Shown in pieces: positions 40,290 through 54,439 of a stretch of DNA of 64,000 nucleotides. The first letter of the stretch is position 1. The number at the start of each line of letters is the position of its first letter. Origin of the DNA: Octopus vulgaris (lineage: Eukaryota); the NCBI GenBank assembly GCA_951406725.2, contig OX597814.1:42470001-42534000 (forward strand), written 5' to 3'. Under the pieces are notes generated by a model. The model did no database searches. It was not told the origin of the DNA and saw nothing but the letters and a program-made list of their open reading frames with translations. The translations under genes were made by a program, and so were the position numbers.

Positions 40290-41900
40290 CATCATCAGGG
40301 ATCATGTGGTTATAGCTATCTCTACAACTCTACAAATTCTTCAGTTATTATATATTGTTTCATCATATGTTTTGATAATTCCTAAGAAGGGCACAAGTCA
40401 ATGCCCTTATGTAGCAATCAAAAATCCTTCAACCTGAAATTTGTCTCCTATATTTTTCGACCAGCGTTGCTGCTATTATTTCTTTACTTCCACTGTTTCC
40501 AGTTTCCTTTTCTCTACATAATAGCCTTTAAGTTGATATGGTTACTTTTACTTTCACTTTTCGCATGACAACCCAGAGCACGATATTTATTTTAGCTTTT
40601 AGCCTCTTCCCAATTTCTGTTGATCATTGTTCTTGTTTCCATAATCTACCATTTATGGCTATGTTTTGATTTGTTGCTTCTTTTTAAGCCAGAGAGCTAT
40701 TTTTGTATTGATGTTTCGTAGGTATTCCTATTAATTTTCTATCACTTTTACAAGATATTTTTATTAGCCTTACAGCGAATGAATTATATTTTTCTAGTTG
40801 CATAAGGCTCCAGCCTCCATTTACGTGATGTAAATGCAATCCTTTTGCTAGATCTTATGTTGTGTAGTCTAAATGCCGTCATTACTCTGTGTTTTTTCTT
40901 CATAGTCTTGTTCGTTTGTTTAGACATTTTGCCGTTAACATATTAGATGAGCTTCTAAAAGTTGTTTGCCTGTTAAATTTTAGAATTAGCTCTGATTAGA
41001 CATTATCATACGGAGCTTATAATATTCTTTCTTAATAATTTCTTTTGTGTGCTTTGTAGTACTTCATTCATTGTTATGTATTTGGCGAATATAGCATAAT
41101 ATTAAGGCACTAACGTAATAGTTATACTGCACACACTTCAAGATGGCCTCGACATATTTTCTTATACGAATATCATAAAACTGTTTCTGGTAAATTCATG
41201 TACTGCCTGCAGTTATATTTCTAAGTTTATTATCTTCAGCATACAAACACAGTTGATTGTTCTAACAGAGCATTTCTTTCAGAGTTCATTTGAGTTTAAT
41301 CTGTTGCTTAAAGGTAACCCTATTAGAGAGAAAACAATTGACGACTGAGAGACCCAATGGAATATTTCTTTTCTAAAGAGGAAAAGTTTTATGTTTTCAT
41401 AAATCTGTCTTCTGCTTGTATTTTCAAAATTGAATGCTATTTATAAGGCGGCGAGCTAGCAGAACATTAGCACGTCGGGCGAAATGCTTAGCAGTATTTC
41501 GTCTGCCATTACGTTCTGAGTTAAAATTCCTCTGAGGTCGACTTTACCTTTCATACTTTCGAGGTCGATAAATTAAGTACCAGTTACGCACTGGGGTCGA
41601 CGTAATCGACTTAATACCTATGTCTGTCCTTGTTTGTCCCCTCTATGTTTAGCCCCTTGTGGGTAATAAAGAAATAGCTATTTATATGTGGACGTTTTTG
41701 GCCAGGAAGTCTATTAATGTGCGATTACAGTCGATTCATGTCATGCTCAGATCATTTCCCATCGCATTCTTCAATTGGAGATTTGTTCGTATGTGATTTT
41801 ACAGCATTATTTGTTCGTATGAGACTTCGCAAAATCATTTCTGCTCTTCCAGAAACATCTTTTTTTTTTACTATACTATGTGGGTCTCTAGTATTTGGAG
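40290..41900 (-). mobile_element. Very degenerate third RLE-type LINE fragment, interrupted by a SINE
   Basis: Remnants resembling LY..RKNGG.GL (~40810-40840), GIF.GDSLS (~41345-41365) and V.IAI (~40310-40330). Confidence 0.45.
41447..41676 (+). mobile_element. tRNA-derived SINE family B with 10-bp TSD
   Basis: GGCGGCGAGCTAGCAGAA head and GAGTTAAAATTCC B box; TSD GCTATTTATA at 41436-41445 and 41677-41686; closely matches 63071-63284. Confidence 0.88.
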
Positions 41901-43674
41901 TTGGCTATTGAATTATTTTTGTGAATGAATTTGACTTCCACACCCGTAAGCCATTCCGATGGTGTCGCTGATTGTGCCAGTTTTACATTAAAATTCGTTA
42001 GATACTTAATAGAGCTTTTCAATGTGTTACGCATTTCTAAAAATATATCATCACCTACTGTTCTATATATTACAATGTTGTTATAATTGTCGATGATTGT
42101 TCAGATACTGCATCCGTGGTTTTGAGTATTACAATAGAAAGAATATTAACATGCGTGGAGGAGCTCATATACTAATAATGTATTATACTTACACTGTTTC
42201 ATACGAAGAGATCAACTTATGGATAATCCTAAATATTTACATGACTTTCTAAGAATAGTTCCAGAGCAGAATTTGAAACCAGACGGACTGTGACAATATT
42301 GAATTGACAAGTGATAAACATTTGAAAACTACTCTATACTGTTATGTACAGTGCTTTAGTAATTCAGTGAGATTTACACCTTCCTAATCAGCTCCAGCAT
42401 TCGCTTACTGAGATGGGTTCTCTGCGAAAGAGAATTAGCAGTACTTGTATCGTGATTATAGGGAAATGAAAAATCATTAGATTGTGTGCTCCGGTATTTT
42501 TTTCTAAAATATGAAATTTAGGCTTGTAATTCTGTATAACTTATTGCGAATATTCAGTAAAACATTTTATGATTTGCCATATGCATAAATTGTCATAACA
42601 ATTAGGTTTTGCTGCACAATTCAATAATGAACATTGAGAAGTTGGTATTTTCATTTTGCTGCACTCAGATAAGTATAGACATATCTCCGTGTGAATATTT
42701 CACTCCGGAATGCGATACATTTAGCACAATCATACTTAACGTATTACTTCATTAATTGGTCTGCCTTCAATTGAGTGCATGGTTTTATTAGTCTGTAAAC
42801 GGCGCAATAATTGTTCTGCTTTTAGAGAAAGTAAATTAATGCAGACCATTCGGATTAATGCTTAGTACAAAGATATTTTCCATGAGATATTTACAGGCTT
42901 TTATACATGTTGACAACTTTGAAAGTATATTGGTGCAAATATGTATAATATCCATCTCCTAAAGTATTGTTTTTATGAATTCTATATATGTATTCCTGCT
43001 CAAGAGGAAATGCTGAAAATCACTTTGGCCGACGTATTGTCTTAATTACTTTTTCGAAATAGCTGTTATTATGCTTGAAATATGTTTATATTAAGATAGA
43101 ACGTTGAAATAATTCGTCGGGACATATTTTGCTAAGTCAATCTCCCTTTATTACTCTGTGTATTACGAACGTTTTAAGAAAGAAAAGGAGGTATCGACAA
43201 CTTGTTAACACTTTACAATGATAAAATTCATACTAGAATGATCTTCTCATCTATCGGGTGTGGGCATTTCAACACTGTAGGCCTTTAACTTTCTAGAAAA
43301 GCTGTCAACCAAACTTAAATGCGAATTATCTTTTCATTGATTGGTAAATATTCAACCACCAACATACTCCGATAACTAACTCCTAAAGAAACTGTTTTGG
43401 TTGTACACTTACTGCTGCTACTGCTACAACAATCCCACCCCCCTTATTATTTGTGAGAGTCAGTTGCCTATCAGATCCATTAAGACCTATTCATTCCACA
43501 GGAATATAATAATTTTATGTACATCGTCTTAGTAATATGATCCATCCATATTAATAAGTGATCGAAAGTAGAACTAAGAAACTAATAAAACCGCATCAAT
43601 TCCTTTGAACAAGTCACATTTTACCAGTATGCTAATATTCCTATGCTTAAGTATCAAGTAAGTTGCATACCTGC

Positions 43675-43721
<47 letters not shown>

Positions 43722-43785
43722 ATACCTAGCTACATCTATACTGTATATACTAAAGAATTTATAGGTATAATTATAAGCGTTAGTA

Positions 43786-44014
43786 GGGGTGGTGAGCTGG
43801 TAGAACCGTTACTGCGCCGAACAAAACAAAAGAACTAATGCTTAGCAGCATTTCTTGCGACTATTAACGTTTTGAAATCGTGCTATCGAGGTCGAATTTG
43901 TTTTTCATTCTTTCGGGGCCTACAAATTAAGTAGCAGTTGCGCACGTAGAGCAATGTAATCGACTAGCAACTGCCACTAAAATATCAGGCTTCAAGTCTC
44001 TCATTGAAATAATT
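43786..44014 (+). mobile_element. Diverged SINE family B with 16-bp TSD
   Basis: Family B motifs; ATTATAAGCG(T/G)TAGTA at 43770-43785 and 44015-44030. Confidence 0.75.
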
Positions 44015-44936
44015 ATTATAAGCGGTAGTATTGGTTGCATTAAATTCTTTCGATGTCGGATATGCAAAAGACAGTGTGTTGCCAAATTCTCATGAAAAGT
44101 AACGGCCTTCCCTCAACATCTACTTTTCTGACACCAGATATTTTGATAAATTTATTCAGGTTGTTTTAAGGAATGACGTATCCTCCTAAATAATCAAGAC
44201 TATTCATGGAATTTTCATGTATACAATCATTAAATTTTCAATTTCTACAGTTCTTCTACCGTTTAGATTTATTCCTGACAAGCAGACATGTGCTGCTGTA
44301 TCCAGTGCTAAGTATGTTAATTAAGCATCATTGACATTTCCTCCCAATCGTGTTTGTCAAGGTGTGAGGTATTAAATTAATGAATTCTAATATATTATAT
44401 GCAAGGCGTTACACAGACAACAGATAACATGTAAATGGAAGGAAAAACATGGAAATACTATTGAAAATAATTTTTAGCATTTACTTGAAAAGTGTTATCA
44501 GTTTGACTTTAAAATTAATGAAGTAGTTATTTTAATGAGAGGCATTCATTAGGGCCAGGTGAGCTCTGAAACTTATAATGAAACCGAAATCTTCATAACA
44601 CCTTATCAAATTAAAACAATTTATATTATTTTAGACATAAAGTTTATTTTTATTCATCTATTATTTTAACGGTAGCAGTCATTCTCCTTTTGTAATGTTG
44701 TGTCATCGTATTCCCAAGTTTTAAGCGATTACATTAGCTTTCTACTTTTCTGATAATAACCCTATCATCTTCGTATGGGAGGAAAGTAACATTTGTCAAA
44801 GATTGAAAGTACGAAACAGAACTTAACGTGCCACAGCATATTTTGATTAGTGGTCACTTTTTGATTACTCACTCACATTAATTATACGTACATACATACA
44901 TGCAGACATGTGTAACTCCATGCCAATCTTTCCCTC

Positions 44937-45036
44937 NNNNNNNNNNNNNNNNNNNNNNNNNNNNNNNNNNNNNNNNNNNNNNNNNNNNNNNNNNNNNNNN
45001 NNNNNNNNNNNNNNNNNNNNNNNNNNNNNNNNNNNN
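44937..45036. other. Assembly gap (100 N)
   Basis: Run of exactly 100 N, likely a placeholder length. Confidence 0.99.
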
Positions 45037-45694
45037 CCAGAGAAAACCAATGACCGTGTTAGTAAATCTCAAAAAAACACACTTCGTTAACTGTAACTTA
45101 CATCCCGTGATTAGTAGGTATACCTTGTTGAGAGATGATAATTTTTGTGAATATTGTCTTATGCATGATCCCAGTCTATCATCAGATCGGATTGTGTTAT
45201 ATAGCTTGAACTGCTCTACGAAACCGAGGCATATTAATCTGGCATGTTTGGCTTCATTCGATATCAACGCTCAAACCAAAGCAGTAGTTCTTAAAGCAGT
45301 CCATCGCAAACATAATTTTGTTTGCTGGGTTTTCACATCACGAAACAAAATTCTTGTGCTACCACCATCTGACTGTACCAACACTACAGCTCATGAACAA
45401 CCAATTATCGGAGGCAGAGAAGACGAAGCCTCGGAGTTTTCCATTATGAAAGATGTATCTCGAACATGTGAAGAATTATGTCTAACTTCAACGCCATCCT
45501 ACCTCACGGCTAACACTACGTTATTACCGTCAAGCAGCTATTGGGATAATAGTTCAGGTGTATACCGTCCGCAAGCAGAAACGTCAGCAAATTCCAAAGG
45601 AACATTACCAGAATGCAATCGCAAGAACACTTATGTAATCACAGTTATGTCTGTATTATTTTTTCTGATACCTCTTGTTTGTGTTCCCGCCTAA
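45037..45694 (+). CDS. Terminal coding exon (5' end hidden in gap): Cys-rich repeat, Ser/Thr stalk, hydrophobic C-terminal GPI/TM-like tail
   Basis: About 218 open codons. LACLASF...FVCWVF parallels LYCLAHW...IWSLRV in the first coding exon. Ends TYVITVMSVLFFLIPLVCVPA*. A pyrimidine tract immediately precedes the gap. Confidence 0.8.
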
Positions 45695-46112
45695 TGAATG
45701 GTCGATTGTAAGTATTGAGCGTGTGTTAGCAAACTATTTTGAATCACTCAGTTTTGCATCCAATTATCATAAGAAGAAAAAAATATCCATTACTGTATTT
45801 TGTATCAATGGAACTACTTTCAGAAATTCTGAGCTGGCTGACGATATGAAAGGACTGATCTATTCCCAGAACAATACAACCAATATATATATATAAAAAA
45901 AAGAATATACTACTTCGATTTATATGACATGGAGTCCGTTTGAATTTAAATAAATTTTAAATTGGAAGTTAAAACATTTTAAAGAACTAAAAAAAACTGA
46001 CATCGATCTATATATGACACTGATTTTCAGATATACAAATATTGATGGCGAAATACTGCGAAAAGAGAACATACATGCGCATATACATATATATGTGTAC
46101 ATATATACACAC

Positions 46113-46179
<67 letters not shown>

Positions 46180-46234
46180 CACATATGTACATATATATGT
46201 ATGTATACATATATAAGTGTGATGGGCGTATATA

Positions 46235-46267
<33 letters not shown>

Positions 46268-47647
46268 GTGTCTGTATGTACGATTGTATGTATGTTTTCA
46301 CATATATACACACCAGACATTATGAATATTCCAAGAAGAGGAAAAATTACAAGTCCAAAATTTCAAACAATCAACAATGAGAAAACATTGATAGATAAAG
46401 TAAATGCAAAACATGGCATAGATTTTATCTAATTCGAGACGTAGTATTTCAGTTGTGTATGACATATGAAAAGACAACAGAAATTGAATTATGCGTGTAG
46501 TGTTGCGGACACTAATGAAAGGAATCAAAATATAGACATGAATCATTGTTCAATTGAATACATTTACATTGCAAAAAATTACCTGACTGTATCAAACATT
46601 CAATCACTCACTATATTTCTGTCGCTAACTGTCTGTCTATTCCGTTTATATCTCTCTACCTAAATTGTGTTTCTTTATCTCTACCGAACGCTCCTTTTCA
46701 CACTCTATCATGTCAATCTGTCTATCTTTCAATTTATCTTTCTATAATTTTTCATTCTCTTTCGTCTTTAATTTCACGATCGATAACGTTTCGATCACTT
46801 TGTTTCAACTATTATTTTTTTAGTTTATATTTCTCCATTTCTCATTCATTAAACTATCTATTGGTTTGGTAACTAAAATATTATGGCAACTAGGAACTTA
46901 TAGCTTTGGTGATTTAAAGCAAATTTCATAAAAATAACATTCAAATACTGAAATTTAAAATTTGAAAGAAATATAAAGCCTTGAACAAGTTTAAAATGTA
47001 CAAACATTTTTTTGTTATTTTTTGTGGCTGGGTTTCAAATTTTCATCTGACGTTCGCAATCCCATTTTGTATCATTGTATTCTATAATTATTGCCCAATG
47101 AGTCTAAGTGTAAACACAAATATATATGCATATATAAGTGTATGTGTGCGTATTGTGTGCGTGTGTCTTATGAGTGTGAGGGTGAATGTAAGTGAACGTC
47201 AGTTTGTGTATGTATAGATAGATATATATGCCTATATATGTACATTTATAAAAATGCACATATATTTATATATATATTTATATATAAAAGTATATTCGGA
47301 CACACACACATATACGTGCACAGATAAATGTATATTCTGTGTGTATATACATACATATATACGCGTATATTTACTTATACATACATCAGTATGTATATAT
47401 ATATATACATATGTATATACATCTATATGTATATACATACATCTATGTGTATATATATACATATATATACATACGTGTGTACATATGTATATATAATTAT
47501 ATACTAATAATGTATAAGTATATAAATATATATGAGCGTAAGTATAAATACATATATGTAGAATTGTTTATATATATGTATATGTACAGATATATATATA
47601 TATATACACCCATATATGTACATGCATATATATACATACATACATAC

Positions 47648-47706
<59 letters not shown>

Positions 47707-48238
47707 TTCATCCATATAGAAAGATGTTAAGAAATTGTTTTTGAACTACTCAAATTATGAATTTAAATGATTCTACGAGCAGAGTTATATTTCAGTGAGA
47801 ATTAAACATGTGTAGAGATTGTTTTAACGGATTATCTACAATAAACATAAGTTGTTTTTTATGCATTGATTTTATATTGTTTCGTTCATAATTTACATGT
47901 GTAATTGTATATGAGCCATAATTTTGTACTCTTGATACAAGTCTATGTTCATTTAGCGATAATGTGAAAAAGAGATCATTATATTTATTTCTTAATGCAG
48001 AGAGATATTCTTCATTTTTTTTCCATTGTGAAACTTAGTATGATTTAAAGAGCCCAACCCTTCCTCACAAGAAAATAATTATCTGTTTTTTTTTTCACAG
48101 TTACAAAACAGTGATAGCTATAGGGGACTGACAGAAAAGTGCATTGAAATTCATGTATAAGTTTATATCACACACATATATACGTATATATATATATGTA
48201 TGTGTATGTATGTATGTATTTATGTATGTGTATGTAAG

Positions 48239-48269
<31 letters not shown>

Positions 48270-48726
48270 ACGATGTAAATATGTCACCGGTATCAAACGG
48301 ATCTTTCTTTCGCTTCCGGTGTTCATTTTGAATGTCTACAACAAAAAATGAAGTTAAATGAAACTTAGTTATATAGTTCCATAATTGTGTTACGAAAGTT
48401 AACAGAATTTGCAAACGATATTTTATCATGTATTTCACTCGTTTAACATTTAACTGATTTGCATAAAGGCAGTTTAACTGAAATACTTTGACTTCCTATT
48501 GCTTGTTGGAACATTTACCAATGCATGTCTCCTGTATTCTCTTTTAGCATGTGGTGATTTAATTTAAAGATTTTTCAAATTATGTTTCAATGTTTTCTTT
48601 ATTGATACATAATGCCAGAGATATGATTTCTTTACATGTTTCTATACAAAATGTCTACATGAAGGGAAATACGTATTTTTGTACTTAATTAGCTGTGTAA
48701 TAACAAATGCGTGTATCATGCGCTCC

Positions 48727-48769
<43 letters not shown>

Positions 48770-48843
48770 GGAATGAATCCAAACTTACAGGGAAACATGA
48801 GATTTAGGATTATATCCAATTTTATAGTATAAATATATTATAT

Positions 48844-49275
48844 TATATTAAATTAGAGATAAAACCACTATGAGGCAAATCAAACAGTGAAAAACATAAG
48901 CCAATACATAAAATTAATTTAAAATATAAAAGTTAAAAATAAAAAATTATTTAAATAATTTAAACTTATAAATTTTATATATATATACAAATATATAAAT
49001 TATACGTATGTATGTATATTTTTATATTTATATATTATTTTATTAATTAATTAATTTATTTATTTATTTATTTAAATTTTTTTTTATATTAATTAATTAC
49101 TTAATAAATATATACATAATAAAAATATATATACATATATATATATATATTTGTATATATATATAAAATTTTTAAAAATAATTTTTTATTTTATATTTTA
49201 AATTAATTGTATGTATTGGCTTATGTTTTTCACTGTTTGATTTGCCTAATAGTGGTTTTATCTCTAATTTAATAT
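48844..49275. repeat. ~430-bp imperfect palindrome (foldback)
   Basis: 48844-48930 is a near-perfect reverse complement of about 49189-49275; the AT-rich interior continues the symmetry. Confidence 0.85.
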
Positions 49276-49682
49276 ATATATATGTGAGTGTGTATATATA
49301 TATGTGTGTGTGTGTGTGTGCGCGTGTGTGTACATATGAGTATGTCTGTGTGCGTGTATGTGTGTGCCTGTGCCTAGAGAGATATTTTGAAATTGTCTGT
49401 GACGGTCATTTGTTCAAACAGTAGCAAGGATATCGTGAAAAGCCCATACAATACTATGAAACATTTGAGTGTTTTAATTGATACATATCTATTTTGCGCC
49501 TACGTTCTCTGATCTCTCAGCTTTTCTTATTCTACGACAATATCACATCCACTGAAAGTTCAATTACCTATTAACTGCGATTATTCCATTTCTATCGTTG
49601 TACTTTCTGTTAAATGATTACCCTACTGCAATGCATGTCCTAAAAATGTGTGTATGCATTTATGTGTGTATACGTAGATATG

Positions 49683-49738
<56 letters not shown>

Positions 49739-49915
49739 ATATATATATATGTGTGTATATATATATATGTATATATATATGTATATATACATATATACAT
49801 ATATATATATATGTATATATATATATATGTATATATATATATGCATATATATATATGTATATATATATGCATATATATATATATGTATATATATATGTAT
49901 ATATACATATATACT

Positions 49916-49947
<32 letters not shown>

Positions 49948-50031
49948 CTTGTGCGTGTGTGTATATATACATACATATATATATACATATATACACATAT
50001 ATATATATACATACACACATACACACACACG

Positions 50032-50070
<39 letters not shown>

Positions 50071-50386
50071 TTATATCTATGTATAGAAAGGGTATATCTA
50101 TGTAGGAAATATTCACCGATGCAAAATTTACTTTGAGAGAATTGGGGAAAGTGTTAATACTAAATATTTCTTCAGAGGTTTATACAGGATATTGTAAATG
50201 ATTATTAGTAAATGTTTAAGAGATGACAAATCGAATCTCGCAGTTTTCCTGCAATTGATTTAAAAATCATGAACTAATATAAAGTGTTGCAGAGTATTTA
50301 ACTACATGCTCCATAGCTTCTACGATATAATTGCATCCAGGACTAGTAATTTTGTTGATGAGAATAATTTAATCATTAAATGATAT

Positions 50387-50405
50387 GTTGCTGCTGCTCC
50401 AGCTG

Positions 50406-50474
<69 letters not shown>

Positions 50475-50585
50475 TTACTACTATTGCTGCTACTACTACT
50501 GCTGCTGCTGCTGCTACTACTGCTGCTACTACTACCACTACCACCACCACTACTACTACAACTACTTCTACCGCTGTTGCTACAG
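50387..50585. repeat. (CTA/CTG/CCA)n compound trinucleotide microsatellite
   Basis: Visible array. Confidence 0.95.
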
Positions 50586-51253
50586 ATGCTACATTCTGAT
50601 TATAATTATATCATCTGTGATAAAAAGATAAGAATTCATTTTCTTTCATATTACTTTTGAAATAAGGCATTGTCATTCAGAAAATATAGTGAAGGTAAAT
50701 ACAATTCTTAAGAGTTAAGCATTGGTGTTTTTATAACGTATAGATGTTATATCAAAAGGAACAGTTAACAAAATATATAAAATTTCACTCAAAAAGCACT
50801 AAAGATCTTGGAATTTTCTGAGCACCGAGGGAAGGGCTTCAAAGGTGTTCTTTCATTTTATGCAAGTGCATATTTAGAGCCGGCCTATATTTTTGTGCAG
50901 CATCTCTTAATCTCACAATAGTAACATGAATTGGACTCATTGTCCGTATTTACTCAGAGTGATATGTATAAACAACAACATTCAGCGCCTTTACATTACA
51001 TTACATACCAGGCACTTTACACTATATTTCTAAATAACAAGCGAAATATAAATCAGGTACAGTGTGATAAGCTTTGGTTGAAGGGTATAAATGTGTTCAA
51101 TAATGACCAAATTAATCAAGCGTTTAGATGGCTCATAATGTCTAATAAATGTACACTCGAAAAGAGTAGGAATTAGATATTAAGAAATATATATATATAT
51201 ATATATATTTATACATACATTTATACACACCCATACATACACATACAAACAAT

Positions 51254-51286
<33 letters not shown>

Positions 51287-51494
51287 ATACATATGTATGT
51301 GTACGTGTATATATATATATATATTTGTATATATACATACGTATATATGTGCATATATATATATACGTATATATGTATATATATATATATATATATAACT
51401 TAGAATAACTTAGAAAGGTTTTGGCCAGTATTGCCTCAGGTCATGTCTAACTTAATAGCACCACCTGGTGAAGTATTTCAATTCAGGATTTGGG

Positions 51495-51530
<36 letters not shown>

Positions 51531-52219
51531 TTTCAAATATATAAAAGCATTATTCATATCAATAGTAATAGTATAATAGTATAAGTTGCTAGCAAGCATA
51601 AGATAACCATACAGGTAAAATTATTAATTTATTCATATATATATATATATATGTATACATATATATATGTGTGTGTGTGTGTGTGTATTGAAGGTAAATA
51701 CAATGCTCGGGAGCTAAACATTGATGATTTTATTATGTAAAACTGTTAAATCAAAAAGAATAATTAACAAAATATATTAAATATTACTGAAAAAAATCTA
51801 CAGATCTTGGAATTTTCTGAAAACTGAGGTAAGGGCTTTCTGAAATATGTGTATGTATGTATATATGCATATCTATATACACAAATATATACATATTTAT
51901 ATATGTATATATGTATATACACACATGTATATATATATATATACATATATATACACATACATATATAAATATATACGTGTATGTAAATATGTGTGTGTGT
52001 TTTTGTGTGTACCTTTAACTTAGTAAGAGCAGCATTGTTTACCCAAACTTCATAAAATGGACGAAGCCAGTGTATATATGGAAAGACAGTGGATGAGTAA
52101 CGCTGATTAGGAATATGAAATATATGGCTGATAATGTGTCTAAGAAAACAAAGCTACAAAATCGTATACTTAAATGAAGACACACAAATAGCTATACACA
52201 TGTCTATAAATGTATACGC

Positions 52220-52280
<61 letters not shown>

Positions 52281-52399
52281 AAGACATATACATTATATGT
52301 ATATATATACATATATTTATATAATATACGTATTTAAATGTGTATGAATATATATGTTTATGTATATATTTATTAAATATAAATACGCATATCTCTAGT

Positions 52400-52444
<45 letters not shown>

Positions 52445-53073
52445 ATAAGATGTGTGTGTATGTATATATGTATGTATACGTATTATTTTCAGATATCTAA
52501 TACGTTGTGTCAAAAACAATTGAAATATTTTTATATATGAATTATAGACAATCAAAATTTCTCCAAATACAGGGTTTTCGAAATCTTGAGATTGAGTTAG
52601 AAATAAGTAAAGACAGTAGTAAATACATGAGATAATGGAAAATAATTTTTTTTTTTTTTTTCAAACACAGTTTTATCACAGAATTTTGTTCAGTCTTAGG
52701 AAAATTATATTCCATCATAAGCTACTGCATATTTTCCAAAGAGCCTCAGCTTTTTTGGGAAATTCTACACTACTAAATATATGCCGCATCATATTACTTC
52801 AATTGCCAACGCTGTAGTACGAAACAAATAACATAATTCCAAAAGAATACTAAAATACCAGTTAATTGATAGCTCTTACATTGAATTAGATATTAGTATA
52901 TATTAGAGTCCAGAATTGTCAACAGACCTTCGGTTAAATGAGCTTCATAAGCTATTTGAAAACCCCTATTTATTTTTACATTGTAACGATTTCAAGGTGA
53001 TTTTTATTTCATAATTTGGAGTTACGAACCAAATCAGCATTGCCCTTGAAATTATTGTCTTTTATATTTGAAG

Positions 53074-53136
<63 letters not shown>

Positions 53137-53449
53137 TGTATGTATGTATGTATATATGTATGTGTGTATGTATGTATATTTATAGGAATATGTACGTTTT
53201 GAAATGTACGTGTGTTTTCGATGTATTTACTGATATATATATATATATATATAAATGTGTACACACGTATTTCTATATATATATTCGTATGTAAACAGAT
53301 ATATAGGTGTATATAACATACACACGCATATATATAAACATATGTATATATATACACATATGTACATATAAGTGGCTAGCAAGCATAAAATAACAATATA
53401 GGTAAGATTATTAATTTATATATATGTACATATATACATATACATATGT

Positions 53450-53482
<33 letters not shown>

Positions 53483-53518
53483 CATGTATATATATATATA
53501 TGTATATATATATATGTT

Positions 53519-53565
<47 letters not shown>

Positions 53566-53599
53566 TTGTGTGTATAATTATATATATATATATACATTA

Positions 53600-53779
53600 T
53601 TTACATTATTTACAATTGACGGATATTTTTCCTCATATTGTTTGTTGTTAACACTACGTTTCGGCTGATATACCCTCCAGACTTGATGAGGTGTCTAGGG
53701 GAAATTTCGAACCTGTATTCTCATTTCAAAGGTATTTTTGATGTTGTTGTTGCTGTGGTTGTTGTTTTTGTTGTTGTTG

Positions 53780-53813
<34 letters not shown>

Positions 53814-53890
53814 AGTCACTGCCTGGAATCGAACTCGGAATCTTAGGGTAAGGACCCTGCACTCTTATCCACTATGGCGTAGTGGTTAAA
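53600..53890 (-). mobile_element. Second family D element (tRNA head plus degenerate HHR)
   Basis: Minus strand: TAGTGGATAAGAG...GAGTTCGATTCC, (AAT/AAC)n, then GACAC-CTCATCA-A-GTCTG-gagggtatat-CAGCC-GAAAC-GT-A-GTGTT (53650-53695). Short inverted head copy ATGGCGTAGTGGTTAA. Confidence 0.75.
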
Positions 53891-54383
53891 TATAGAATTA
53901 CATATATATGTGTGTGTGTCCGTTTGTGTGTAGCAAGAGAGGGGAAACATTCTAAATTAGAAAGAAAAATGTGATGCTTATGTAGATATATGTAGATATA
54001 ATTATCAGCTAAATTGGGAATTCATTCTGACTCTTTTATTGGGATGTGTGTCACATGTTAGTATATGTCCATTACACATTTTAGTCGCGTTTTAGATCTC
54101 GATGATGAGCCTAAATAAACTAATTACAAACGTTCATTTTTATGGTGTATTTCAGAACTTTATTTTTCCCTACAGCCTGAAAAATACCAATATAAACATT
54201 TAAATCTAGAACATAATAGCATTTTCAAAATGTGTCTGGGTGCTTCCGTGTCTATGTGTGTGCGTGTTATTATGTGGGTTCTATGTATTTATTTATAGAA
54301 GGGTGTATCTCTACGTGTGCATATGTATAGATACTATATATCCACATATATATGTGTACAGTTATATCTGATAACAAATATAT

Positions 54384-54439
<56 letters not shown>

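Noticed and set aside
44900-45036. ORF-track start MQTCVTPCQSFP for the 264-aa ORF
   Set aside because: Intron-like sequence joined in frame only through a placeholder N gap.
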